From Eledone cirrhosa (Eukaryota): a stretch of 64,000 bases of DNA. The notes beneath the pieces were generated by a model. That model searched no databases. It saw only the letters and a list, made by a program, of their open reading frames with translations, and had not been told where the DNA came from. The stretch spans positions 8,494,001 through 8,558,000 of the forward strand of contig OZ024749.1 of the NCBI GenBank assembly GCA_964016885.1, in the 5' to 3' direction. Positions within the stretch are counted from its first letter, which is position 1. Every line of letters begins with the position of its first letter. Shown here one piece after another: positions 22,233-33,936 of this stretch. A program made the position numbers and the translations under genes.

Positions 22233-25200
22233 ATATATATATTTATATAATTGCAGTTATATATATATATATATATTTATATAATTGCAGTTATATATAT
22301 ATATTTATATTTATATAATTGCAGTTATATATATATATATATAATTTTATATAATTGCAGTTATATATATATATTTATATAATTGCAGTTATATATATAT
22401 AAATCTCCACTACGGTAACCCTCTACCTTTGTTTTGTTTTCATCTTTGTCTCTCTCAATTTTCACTTTCACCTGTTTTTCCTATCTATCTTTCACTTCCT
22501 ACCTCGAGATTTCCCTCTGCATTGTTGTGGCTTTCTTAACTACATATCTTACACATTTCACAATGCTTCAAGCAAACTTTAACACCCTCATATATATATT
22601 TATATAATTGCAGTTATATATATATATATTTATATAATTACAGTTATATATATATATATATTTATATAATTGCAGTTATATATATATATATATATTTATA
22701 TAATTGCAGTTATATATATATATATATATTTATATAATTGCAGTTATATATATATATATATATTTATATAATTGCAGTTATATATATATATATATATTTA
22801 TATAATTGCAGTTATATATATATATATATATTTATATAATTGCAGTTATATATATATATATATTTATATAATTGCAGTTATATATATATATATATTTATA
22901 TAATTGCAGTTTTATATATATATATATTTATATAATTGCAGTTTTATATATATATATTTATATAATTGCAGTTTTATATATATATATATTTATGTAATTG
23001 CAGTTATATATATATATATATATTTATGTAATTGCAGTTATATATATATATATATTTATATAATTGCAGTTTTATATATATATATATTTATATAATTGCA
23101 GTTATATATATATATATATATATTTATGTAATTGCAGTTTTATATATATATTTATATAATTGCAGTTATATATATATATTTATATAATTGCAGTTTTATA
23201 TATATATTTATATAATTGCAGTTATATATATATATATATTTATATAATTGCAGTTTTATATATATATATATTTATATAATTGCAGTTATATATATATATT
23301 TATATAATTGCAGTTTTATATATGTATATTTATATAATTGCAGTTATATATATATATATATATATATTTATGTAATTGCAGTTTTATATATATATTTATA
23401 TAATTGCAGTTATATATATATGTTTATGTAATTGCAGTTTTATATATATATTTATATAATTGCAGTTATATATATATATTTATGTAATTGCAGTTTCATA
23501 TATATATTTATGTAATTGCAGTTATATATATATTTATATAATTGCAGTTATATATATATATATATTTATATAATTGCAGTTATATATATATATTTATGTA
23601 ATTGCAGTTTTATATATATATATATTTATGTAATTGCAGTTATATATATATATTTATATAATTGCAGTTTTATATATATATATATTTATATAATTGCAGT
23701 TATATATATATATATATATTTATATAATTGCAGTTTTATATATATATATATATTTATATAATTGCAGTTATATATATATATATTTATATAATTGCAGTTA
23801 TATATATATATATTTATATAATTGCAGTTATATATATATATATATTTATGTAATTGCAGTTTTATATATATATTTATATAATTGCAGTTATATATATATA
23901 TTTATATAATTGCAATTATATATATATATATTTATATAATTGCAGTTATATATATATATATATTTATATAATTGCAGTTTTCTATATATATATATATATT
24001 TATATAATTGCAGTTATATATATATATATATATTTATATAATTGCAGTTATATATATATATATATTTATATAATTGCAGTTATATATATATATATATTTA
24101 TATAATTGCAGTTTTATATATATATATATTTATATAATTTCAGTTTTATATATATATATATTTATATAATTGCAGTTTTATATATATATATATTTATATA
24201 ATTGCAGTTTTATATATATATATTTATATAATTGCAGTTTTATATATATATATATTTATATAATTGCAGTTTTATATATATATTTATATAATTGCAGTTA
24301 TATATATATATATATTTATATAATTGCAGTTTTATATATATATATATTTATATAATTGCAGTTATATATATATATATATTTATATAATTGCAGTTTTATA
24401 TATATATATTTATATAATTGCAGTTATATATATATATTTATGTAATTGCAGTTTCATATATATATTTATGTAATTGCAGTTATATATATATATTTATATA
24501 ATTGCAGTTATATATATATATATATTTATATAATTGCAGTTATATATATATATTTATGTAATTGCAGTTTTATATATATATATATTTATGTAATTGCAGT
24601 TATATATATATATTTATATAATTGCAGTTTTATATATATATATATTTATATAATTGCAGTTATATATATATATATATATATTTATATAATTGCAGTTTTA
24701 TATATATATATATATTTATATAATTGCAGTTATATATATATATATTTATATAATTGCAGTTATATATATATATATTTATATAATTGCAGTTATATATATA
24801 TATATATTTATGTAATTGCAGTTTTATATATATATTTATATAATTGCAGTTATATATATATATTTATATAATTGCAATTATATATATATATATTTATATA
24901 ATTGCAGTTATATATATATATATATTTATATAATTGCAGTTTTATATATATATATATTTATATAATTGCAGTTATATATATATATATATATATTTATATA
25001 ATTGCAGTTATATATATATATATATTTATATAATTGCAGTTATATATATATATATATTTATATAATTGCAGTTTTATATATATATATATTTATATAATTT
25101 CAGTTTTATATATATATATATTTATATAATTGCAGTTTTATATATATATATATTTATATAATTTCAGTTTTATATATATATATATTTATATAATTGCAGT

Positions 25201-25520
25201 TTTATATATATATATATTTATATAATTGCAGTTTTATATATATATATATTTATATAATTGCAGTTATATATATATATATTTATATAATTGCAGTTTTATA
25301 TATATATATTTATATAATTGCAGTTTTATATATATATATATTTATATAATTGCAGTTTTATATATATATTTATATAATTGCAGTTATATATATATATATT
25401 TATATAATTGCAGTTTTATATATATATATTTATATAATTGCAGTTATATATATATATTTATGTAATTGCAGTTTCATATATATATTTATATAATTGCAGT
25501 TATATATACATATTTATATA
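22233..25520. repeat. Minisatellite with ~26-36-bp unit TTTATATAATTGCAGT(T)-(TA)n
   Basis: Roughly 100 units with variable (TA)n length; interrupted at 22401-22590. Confidence 0.95.
22400..22590 (+). mobile_element. Tail-bearing 3' fragment of the PLE family at 47510-48295, inserted in the minisatellite
   Basis: aaatctccactacggtaaccct...cctacctcgagatttccc.tctgcattgttgtggctttct.aactacatat matches the reverse complement of 47510-47645 and continues ~45 nt further. Confidence 0.8.
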
Positions 25521-25521
25521 A

Positions 25522-28230
25522 TAGGCTGTTCTATTTCGCCCCACTCGCCCTCGGCCTCCCCAGCTCGGGCGCTGACCGAGGCGGCCGGTCAACCGCAGCC
25601 TTCGTCAAGGCCAATGTCTCGTCATTTGGGCGTGCGCCCATTCCAAGCTTGCCTAGGGACGCCACACACCCCACCCTCAGGTACCCCCTATCCTCCACCC
25701 CCGAGGCCAGCGCCAAGCGTTTGAGTGACCAGGTAAACGCAAAGTTTATCATGGGTGATGTCTCGGCCGCAGTCAGAGTTGTTGCCTCAGAGGACACTGT
25801 CCTCCAACCCACCGAGGAGATCCTGGCTGCTCTGCGGCTCAAACACCCTGAGCCACCCACTGATCTCAGACCCATACCCCCACCCGACCCCCACATGCTC
25901 CTTGTGGCTACTGATGCAGATATCATGTCCGCCATCAGGTCCTTCCCAGCTAGCAGCTGCGGAGGTGTTGATGGTCTCCGACCAGGCCACCTCAAGGAGT
26001 TGACTTCTCCCTCTCCGCTGAGGCCGGGCGCCGCCTTCTGAGTGCAATTGTGGCGCTCACCAATAGGCTCATTCATGGTGCCTTCGACCTTTACGCCCGA
26101 GGCCTCTTTTTTTTCGGCCAGCCTCACCGCTCTCAGGAATAAAGAGGGTGGCATACGCCCCATTGCTGTGGGCAATGTCTTCCGGAGGCTGGCTGCCAAG
26201 GTGATCTGCAAGTCCGTCACACACGAACTGGGTGAGGAGTTTAGTCCGGTGCAACTGGGTGTCGGCGTGTCCGGTGGCTGTGAGGGAGCCTCTCATGCAA
26301 TCAGGCAGTTCTTCAGCAGCTGCCTATCGGTACCGGCATCCAGGGACTCCAGGCACCTCATTGTCAAGCTTGACATGGGGAATGCCTTTAACTCTTTACG
26401 CCGGGATCATCTGCTCGAGGCCTGTCTCAGCCGAGCCCCCTCTGCCTACCCGCTGGCCTACCTGTCATATGTAGCCCCGAGCATGCTCCTAGCTGCTCAT
26501 ACGGTCATACCCTCGGCTACTGGGGTCCAACAGGGCGACTCTTTGGGACCCCTCCTGTTCGCCCTTGGTATTGACCACATCGCCCGGAGTATCACGACCC
26601 CTCTCAACGTTTGGTATCTGGATGATGCTTCGTTGGGCGGGCCCGTACGGATGGTCTGCCAAGACCTTCAATCGGTGATTCCTGCCCTGGCGGGAGTCGG
26701 CCTCCAGGTCAACTCGGCCAAGTCGGAGGTGGTGAACGTCGGCCTCGATGCTGTGAGCTTTGCAGCCTCCATCTTGGACGTGCGGTCCATTCTCCGCCAG
26801 ATTCAGGTGCCCCCGAAGAGGATGTCCTCATCCTCGGGTCACCGATCCACCCGCCGGCCATCCGCTCCACCATCAGGTCCAGGCTTCAATAGCTCCAGAC
26901 TCTCACGAGCCGACTGGGCTTGATTGACGACCACCCAGCTCTCTTTCTGCTGAGGAACTGCTTCGCCATGCCGAAGCTCCTCTATACGCTCCGCAGCGCT
27001 CCATGCTACACTCAGACATCTCTCCTCGCTGACCTCGATATTTGTATCCGAGCAGCAGCCGAGGGGATATGCAACGTCAAGTTTGACGACATAGAGTGGC
27101 AACAGACCACTTTACCGGTCAGGTATGGCGGCCTAGGCCTCCGGTCCCCCATCTCACTAGCTTTGCCGGCGTATCTTTCGTCGGTAAACACGTGCCGCGT
27201 CCTCATCAGCAGGGTTCTTCAAAACAGAGGACGTGAGGCCGCCTGTGAGACGTGGGACCGGCTGGGACTTAGCCCAGTAGACGTCCCTCCTCCTTCTCCT
27301 CATGTTGACGTCAAGTCCCCCCACCGCACTTGGGATGACATCCAGTGCAGCCTGGCCTCAGACAGGCTCACGCGCCAGCTCGACCAGCACCGCCTTGCTT
27401 GTTTTCGTGCGGCCTCCAAACCCCACAGTGGTGCCTGGCTCCATGCTCTGCCATCCTTCTCCACTGGCACGCAGCTAGACAACCATAGCCTGTGAATCGG
27501 CGTTTCTTGAGGCTCGGCCTCTGGATCTGCCAGCCACACCAATGTCGCTTGCGCTTCCACCGTGGACTCTTTCGGCCTCCACCCGCTTTCCTGTCACCAC
27601 AGTGCTGGCCACATTCCACGCCATACTGCCCTCAACGAGGTCATTAAGCATGGCTTGGACACTGCAGGCTTCCCTTCCCAGCTCGAGCCGGTGGGGCTGG
27701 ATCGAGGGAACGGCAAAAGGCCAGATGGCATGACCATCTTCCCGTTCCGCGGTGGCAAACCCCTCGTCTGGGATGCCACTTGCACCGACACTTTCTGCAG
27801 CCGCAACCTGGTGCAGTCTGCGACTGACCCAGGTTCTGCTGCACGTCGGGCTGAGGGGACCAAACTCCTCAAATACCGGTCGCTCTCCGACAGGTTTGCG
27901 GTCGTTCTCCTGACAGTGGAAACTTCTGGTCCCCTAGGCCCCAGGGCTACCTCCTTACTCACCACCATAGGCGCTGAGCTGGCCAGCCGTAGGTGTGAGC
28001 CCCGCGAGTTGGAGTGGCTTTTCCAGCGCGTTTCCCTTGCCGTCCTCCGGGGAAACGCCTTCTCCATTCTGTCCGCCGGGGCTGTGGGTGGGCCCCATCG
28101 CGTACAATTACATTAGTTGAATACCATTCTTTCATCTCATACAAACTAAAGATAAACCTCACGATTACACAGCCAATCCTCCCTCACCACTAAGCCACAC
28201 GACATATAAATGTCAATCAATGTGTTTAAA
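25522..28230 (+). pseudogene. CRE-clade non-LTR retrotransposon (RT, CCHC finger, restriction-like endonuclease); 5'-truncated and disrupted
   Basis: Across several frames: GGIRPIAVGNVFRRLAAK, QLGVG, KLDMGNAFNS, GVQQGDSLGPLLF, WYLDD, LPVRYGGLGL, GAWLHALP, GLHPLSC...RHTALNEVI, KRPDG...WDATC, VETSG, QRVSLAVLRGNA. Frameshifts or stops near 26030, 26820, 27495 and 27550. Confidence 0.9.
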
Positions 28231-28260
28231 ACATATATATACATATATACATACATATAT

Positions 28261-28660
28261 ATGGTGGCTGCCAACTCGTTTTCGAGTACGGCCACTACTT
28301 TATATCCATGTAGGAGAACCCCTACCGATGCGCTGAACGAGTGTGACTTTTTAGTCCAGCCAGCGACTTGAAAACTCTGGTACAAACACTACACTTGTAA
28401 CAATTATTGACACATAGTGCTGGGCCCATGGTACCATGTGACGACAAGTGCAGAGATCTCCAGATATAAAGCAATGCCTGTGCCGTGAAGCTTTTATAGT
28501 GAGCAAAGGCACTGCACAAAGCCAGTCCCACTCTCTTAACCAAGATGATATTTACCAAAAAGAAGAACAAGTCAACATCATTGGATACCATCAGGGTTGC
28601 AGGTGTTATATCAGAGTTTTCCTTCTAGAATTCTGCCTTGACAAAGGCTAAGGGGTCATC
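28261..28660 (-). mobile_element. Bipartite RTE-derived element, copy 2 (5'-truncated)
   Basis: Near-identical reverse complement of ~3543-3946. Confidence 0.85.
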
Positions 28661-29171
<511 letters not shown>

Positions 29172-29360
29172 ATAACGAAGGAAGTGTGGTAAGGAACCAG
29201 ATGAACTATAACGCACCAGAGTAATCAATACTTAGGGTAGTAGAGTGGGTAATAGGCAAATGTTTAACCCCGACGGCAGAGCTCAAGCCGTTTCGACGGC
29301 TATTTCAGAAATAGCTGTCGAAACGGCTTGAGCTCTGCCGCCGGGGGTAAACATTTCCAT
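29172..29360. mobile_element. Snap-back palindrome of HHR 3' halves plus tail (family H, copy 1)
   Basis: ccccgacggcagagctcaagccgtttcgacggctatttc-a-gaaatagctgtcgaaacggcttgagctctgccgccgggg, centred at ~29307; tail on the left. Confidence 0.8.
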
Positions 29361-29409
29361 ATATATATATATATATATGTGTGTAAATATTATTATATAT
29401 TTATTATTA

Positions 29410-29598
29410 GGGCAGTGGATTGGCAGTATCGGTAGAGGGTCGGACGCCATGCTTTCCAGCATAGTTACGTCCCTTTACGATCTGAGTTCAAATCCCGCCG
29501 AGGTTGACTTTGCCTTTCATCCTTACGGGGTCGATAAAATAAAGTACCAGTAATGCACTGGTTAATTGCTGGCCTTGTGCCTAAAGTAGAAACAATTA
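29410..29598 (+). mobile_element. tRNA-derived SINE with a Meta-domain-like body
   Basis: A box tggcagtatcgg, B box gagttcaaatcc, body gcctttcatccttacggggtcgataaaataaagtaccag, (ATT)n tail; three other copies. Confidence 0.85.
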
Positions 29599-29687
29599 TA
29601 TATTTATTATATTACCGAGGTTAATCTCTGTTGCTCTTCTAACTTTCGAAGATTGCCACTAATCACCGACATATCATATATTTATGG

Positions 29688-29910
29688 AGTGTGTGTGACT
29701 GCATGTGTGTGTCTGTGACTGCGTGTGTGTGTCTGTGACTGCGTGTGTTTGCGTGTGTGTGTCTGTGACTGCGTGTGTGTCTGTGTGTGTCTGTGTGTGC
29801 CTGTATCTGTGTGTCTGTGTGACTGCATGTGTGTGTCTGTGTGTCTGTGTGTGCCTGTATATGTGTGTCTGTGTGACTGCGTGTATGTGTATGTGAATGC
29901 GTGTGTTTGC

Positions 29911-29942
<32 letters not shown>

Positions 29943-30031
29943 CTGCATGTGTGTGTATGTGACTGTGTGTGTTTGCGTGTGTGTGTGTGTGTGTGTGTGT
30001 GTCTGTGTGACTGCATGTGTGTGTCTGTGAC

Positions 30032-30095
<64 letters not shown>

Positions 30096-30366
30096 CGTAT
30101 CTGTGTGTCTGTGTGACGGCATGTGTGTGTCTGTGACTGCGTGTGTTTGCGTGTGTGTGTGTGTGCTCGTATATGTGTGTCTGTGTTTGCGTGTGTGTGT
30201 GTGTGTGCCTGTGTGTGTGTCTGTGTGACTGCGTATGTGTGTCTGTGACTGCGTGTGTTTTCGTGTGTGTCTGTGTGAGCCTGTATCTGTGTGTCTGTGT
30301 GACTGCGTGTGTGTCAGTGTGTCTGTGACTGCGTGTGTGTGTGTGTGTGTGTGACTGCGTGTGTGT
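29688..30366. repeat. Degenerate (GT)n array with recurring GTGACTGC units
   Basis: Direct reading. Confidence 0.9.
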
Positions 30367-30440
30367 TATATATATATAGATCGATAGATAGATCACCTGA
30401 TCAAACGATAGATAGACAGACAGCCAAACAAATAGATATG

Positions 30441-31578
30441 TTTCTTTATTAGCCACAGGGGCACAAAAGAAGGGGACAAATACAAAGGGGGAAGTTTACA
30501 TACAATAAAAACGTGTAAAATGTTATCACAAATGCAATTTTAAAAAATCAGTCGATTTTCCCCAATAGGGGGAGACATTACATATGGGTAACACATACCC
30601 CCGAAAAAATGTGCAACCCTCATCTCCAGGAGTACAAAGAGTTTGTACTCCTTTCCTCTCCCCCTCCTTTTCCTCAACCTACAGGCTGATATAGAGAGAA
30701 GGCCCATTCACTCGGCCATTCTCGCCACTTTCACCCCCCTTTCATAAAACTTGCTGGGGTACAGCACCTCTCCCTCCATCCTGGGGTACAGCACCTCTCC
30801 CTCCATCCTGGGGTACAGCACCTCTCTCTCTCCATCCTGGGGTACAACACCTCTCTCTCTCCATCCTGGGGTACAGCACCTCTCTCTCCATCCTGGGGTA
30901 CAGCACCTCTCTCTCCATCCTGGAGTACAGCACCTCTCTCTCCATCCTGGGGTACAGCACCTCTCCCTCCATCCTGGGGTACAGCACCTCTCTCTCTCCA
31001 TCCTGGGGTACAGCACCTCTCTCTCCATCCTGGGGTACAGCACCTCTCTCTCTCCATCCTGGGGTACAGCACCTCTCCCTCCATCCTGGGGTACAGCACC
31101 TCTCCCTCCATCCTGGGGTACAGCACCTCTCTCTCTCCATCCTGGGGTACAGCACCTCTCTCTCTCCATCCTGGGGTACAGCACCTCTCTCTCCATCCTG
31201 GGGTACAGCACCTCTCTCTCCATGCTGGGGTACAGCACCTCTCTCTCCATCCTGGGGTACAGCACCACTCTCTCCATCCTGGGGTACAGCACCTCTCTCT
31301 CCATCCTGGGGTACAGCACCTCTCTCTCCATCCTTGGGTACAGCACCTCTCTCTCCATCCTGGGGTACAGCACCACTCTCTCCATGCTGGGGTACAGCAC
31401 CTCTCTCTCCATCCTGGGGTACAGCACCTCTCTCTCTCCATCCTGGGGTACAGCACCTCTCTCTCCATGCTGGGGTACAGCACCTCTCTCTCTCCATCCT
31501 GGGGTACAGCACCTCTCTCTCCATCCTGATTCTTCTTCCAAAGTGGTATTTGAAAAAAAGAATCAGTTGTCACGAACA
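30441..31578 (-). mobile_element. Tx1/L1-group LINE 3' fragment containing an internal minisatellite
   Basis: 3' end (gtggctaataaagaaa) and ORF end FFKYHFGRRIRMEREVLYP...SKFYERGVKVARM match the copies at 44788, 49846 and 54095. Confidence 0.85.
30753..31528. repeat. 27/29-bp minisatellite (CTGGGGTACAGCAC(CT)nCCATC), ~28 units, derived from LINE ORF2
   Basis: The unit corresponds to the single-copy segment gatgaagagagaggtgctgtacccc at ~51091-51116. Confidence 0.92.
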
Positions 31579-31654
31579 GATCGATAGATAGATCACTTGA
31601 TCAATCGATAGATAGACAGACAGACGAACAGATAAATCGGCAGACAAGTGAAAC

Positions 31655-31836
31655 TAATAATTGTTTCTACTTTTGGCACAAGGCCAGCAATTATCCCAGT
31701 GTATTACTGGTACTTTATTTTATCGACCCCGTAAGGATGAAAGGCAAAGTTAACTTCGGCGGGATTTGTACTCAGACCATAAAGGGCCGTAACTCTATGC
31801 TGGGAAGCATGACGTCCGAAGCCTCTACCGATACTG
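31655..31836 (-). mobile_element. tRNA-derived Meta-like SINE, copy 2
   Basis: Reverse complement of the 29410 SINE. Confidence 0.85.
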
Positions 31837-31990
31837 TCCTTATAACACTGTCCTTATAACACTTGTACTCCCTCTTCGCTTCCTCGTTTTTTGTGTTTTT
31901 GTTTGTTCTTTTTTTGTTTTTCTGTTCACTTTAATATATATATATATATACGATATTAACAAGTGGAAACTATATTTATAAAACCATATT

Positions 31991-32055
31991 TATTTCATTA
32001 TACATATTTCAAGGACACCAAGTTAAATTATGGTGTCCTTTCATCAGATAAAATA
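31991..32055 (-). ncRNA. Type I hammerhead ribozyme (family B)
   Basis: Reverse complement reads tattttat CTGATGA AAGGACACCA taatttaact TGGTGTCCTT GAAA tatgta TA atgaaata; perfect 10-bp stem II. Confidence 0.87.
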
Positions 32056-32314
32056 TAATATAGATCAGTTATATAAATAAATATTGACATATCCTTAAAG
32101 AATGCAACCATTTTCTCTCTCTCTCTATTTCTTTCTCTCTCTCTCCTTCTCTACCTTTCTCTTTCTACGTAACCCAACGGCTTATTTTAAAAATAAAAAT
32201 ATCCAATACTAATAATATATTTAAAGCTACAACTCCACTATCCGGGAGCTTCCAACAGTAATGGTTGCATTTTTTAAGGGTATGTCAATATTTATTTATA
32301 AAACTGATCTATTA

Positions 32315-32379
32315 TATTTTATCTGATGAAAGCACACCATAATTTAACTTGGTGTCCTTGAAATATGTATAATGAAATA
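32315..32379 (+). ncRNA. Type I hammerhead ribozyme (family B)
   Basis: tattttat CTGATGA aagcacacca taatttaact tggtgtcctt GAAA tatgta TA atgaaata. Confidence 0.85.
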
Positions 32380-32507
32380 AATATGGTTTTATAAATATAG
32401 TTTCCATTTGTTAATATCGTATTTTTACTAGAAAATATTTGTTGAGTGCTTTATATTAGTTATAAAAATATTTGCTTGTTGTATCCCAACAATTTAAATA
32501 GAACTTT

Positions 32508-32572
<65 letters not shown>

Positions 32573-32577
<5 letters not shown>

Positions 32578-33249
32578 AGGTTAATTATAACGCTCGCGAA
32601 AATGAAAGTCAATTTTCTGACAAGTGAATGTGTTTTTTTTTTTTTTTTTTTTTTTTTTACAATGTAAGTTACGATACACTATTTGTTTATTTACAACAGG
32701 TCTCTATAGTGATATGGTGTTAATTAGTATTGCGTGTGTGATTATTTTCTTTTATATATATATGTGTGGGTGTGTATATGTGTGTATATATATGTGTGTC
32801 TGTATGTATATATATATGTGTTTTTGTATATATATATATATGCGTTTGTGTCATCATCATCGTTTAGATGTTTTTACCCAAATCCCTTATCATTCTCTGT
32901 CCTTCTTATGACCCGGCCTTAATTTGTTTATAGTTGGTGCCAACTTTGGCAAGATATTACAAAAACATCTAAACGATGATGATGACACAAACACATATAT
33001 ATATATACAAACACACATATATATATACATACAGACACACATATATATACACACATATATACACACCCACACATATATATATAAGAGAAAATAATCACAC
33101 ACGCAATACTAATTAACACCATATCACTATAGAGACCTGTTGTAAATAAACAAACTGTATCGTAACTTTCAATGTAAAAAAAAAAAAAAAACACATTCAC
33201 TTGTCAGAAAATTGACTTTCATTTTCGCGAACGTTATAATTAACCTATG

Positions 33250-33251
<2 letters not shown>
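32573..33251. mobile_element. Foldback/MITE-like element with ~300-bp terminal inverted repeats
   Basis: Termini GGCATAGGTTAATTATAACG...CGTTATAATTAACCTATGCC; arms ~32573-32875 and ~32961-33251; ~85-nt spacer; inserted in (TA)n; no ORF or HHR seen. Confidence 0.8.
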
Positions 33252-33290
<39 letters not shown>

Positions 33291-33296
<6 letters not shown>

Positions 33297-33575
33297 TGCC
33301 AACTCGTTTTCAAGGACGGCCACTACCTTATATCCATGTAGGAGAACCCCTACCGATGCGCTGAACGAGTGTGACTTTTTAGTCCAGCCAGCGACTTGAA
33401 AACTCTGGTACAAACACTACACTTGTGACAATTATTGTCACATAGTGCTGGGCCCATGGTACCATGTGACGACAAGTGCAGAGAGATCTCCAGATATAAA
33501 GCAATGCCTGTGCCGTGAAGCTTTTATAGTGAGCAAAGGCGCTGCTCAAAGCCAGTCCCACTCTCTTAACCAAGA
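33291..33575 (-). mobile_element. Bipartite RTE-derived element, copy 3 (5'-truncated)
   Basis: Reverse complement of ~3660-3945. Confidence 0.85.
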
Positions 33576-33683
33576 GATAAATTGATATGATATATATATA
33601 GAGAGAGAGAGAGTGAGAGTGAGAGTGAGAGAGAGACAGAAAATTAAAACGAACGAGCGAAAAACGGTGAAGTATTAAGTGGA

Positions 33684-33901
33684 GTGGCGGTAGCAGTAGA
33701 AATGGTAGTGAGGGGAGCAGTAGCCGTAGAAATAGCAGTAGCAAAAGTAGCAACAGTAGCATTGGCAGTAGCAGTAATAACAACAGTAACAGTAGCAGTA
33801 GCACCAGTAGCAACAGTAGCAGTAGCAGTAGTAGTTGTAGCAGCTGTAGTAGTAGTAGCAGTGGCAGTAGTAGTAGCAGTATCAACAGTAGCATTAGTAG
33901 C

Positions 33902-33936
<35 letters not shown>

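Larger units (their letters stand above)
31951..32510. mobile_element. Inverted-repeat HHR element (family B)
   Basis: Arms at ~31951-32112 and ~32260-32420 are reverse complements, with a ~150-nt spacer and a ~90-nt tail on the right; flanked by (TA)n. Confidence 0.85.

Noticed and set aside
22233-25520. CRISPR-like appearance (constant core with variable spacers); likewise 40967-43910 and 58850-61300
   Set aside because: Spacers are only (TA)n length variants or near-identical sequence, there are no cas genes, and the context is eukaryotic.
29410-29500. tRNA gene
   Set aside because: A and B boxes are present, but there is no cloverleaf and the sequence continues into a SINE body found in four copies.
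30708-31591. Repetitive 260-280-aa ORFs as a repeat protein
   Set aside because: Products of the LINE-derived minisatellite; frequent 29-bp units shift the frame.
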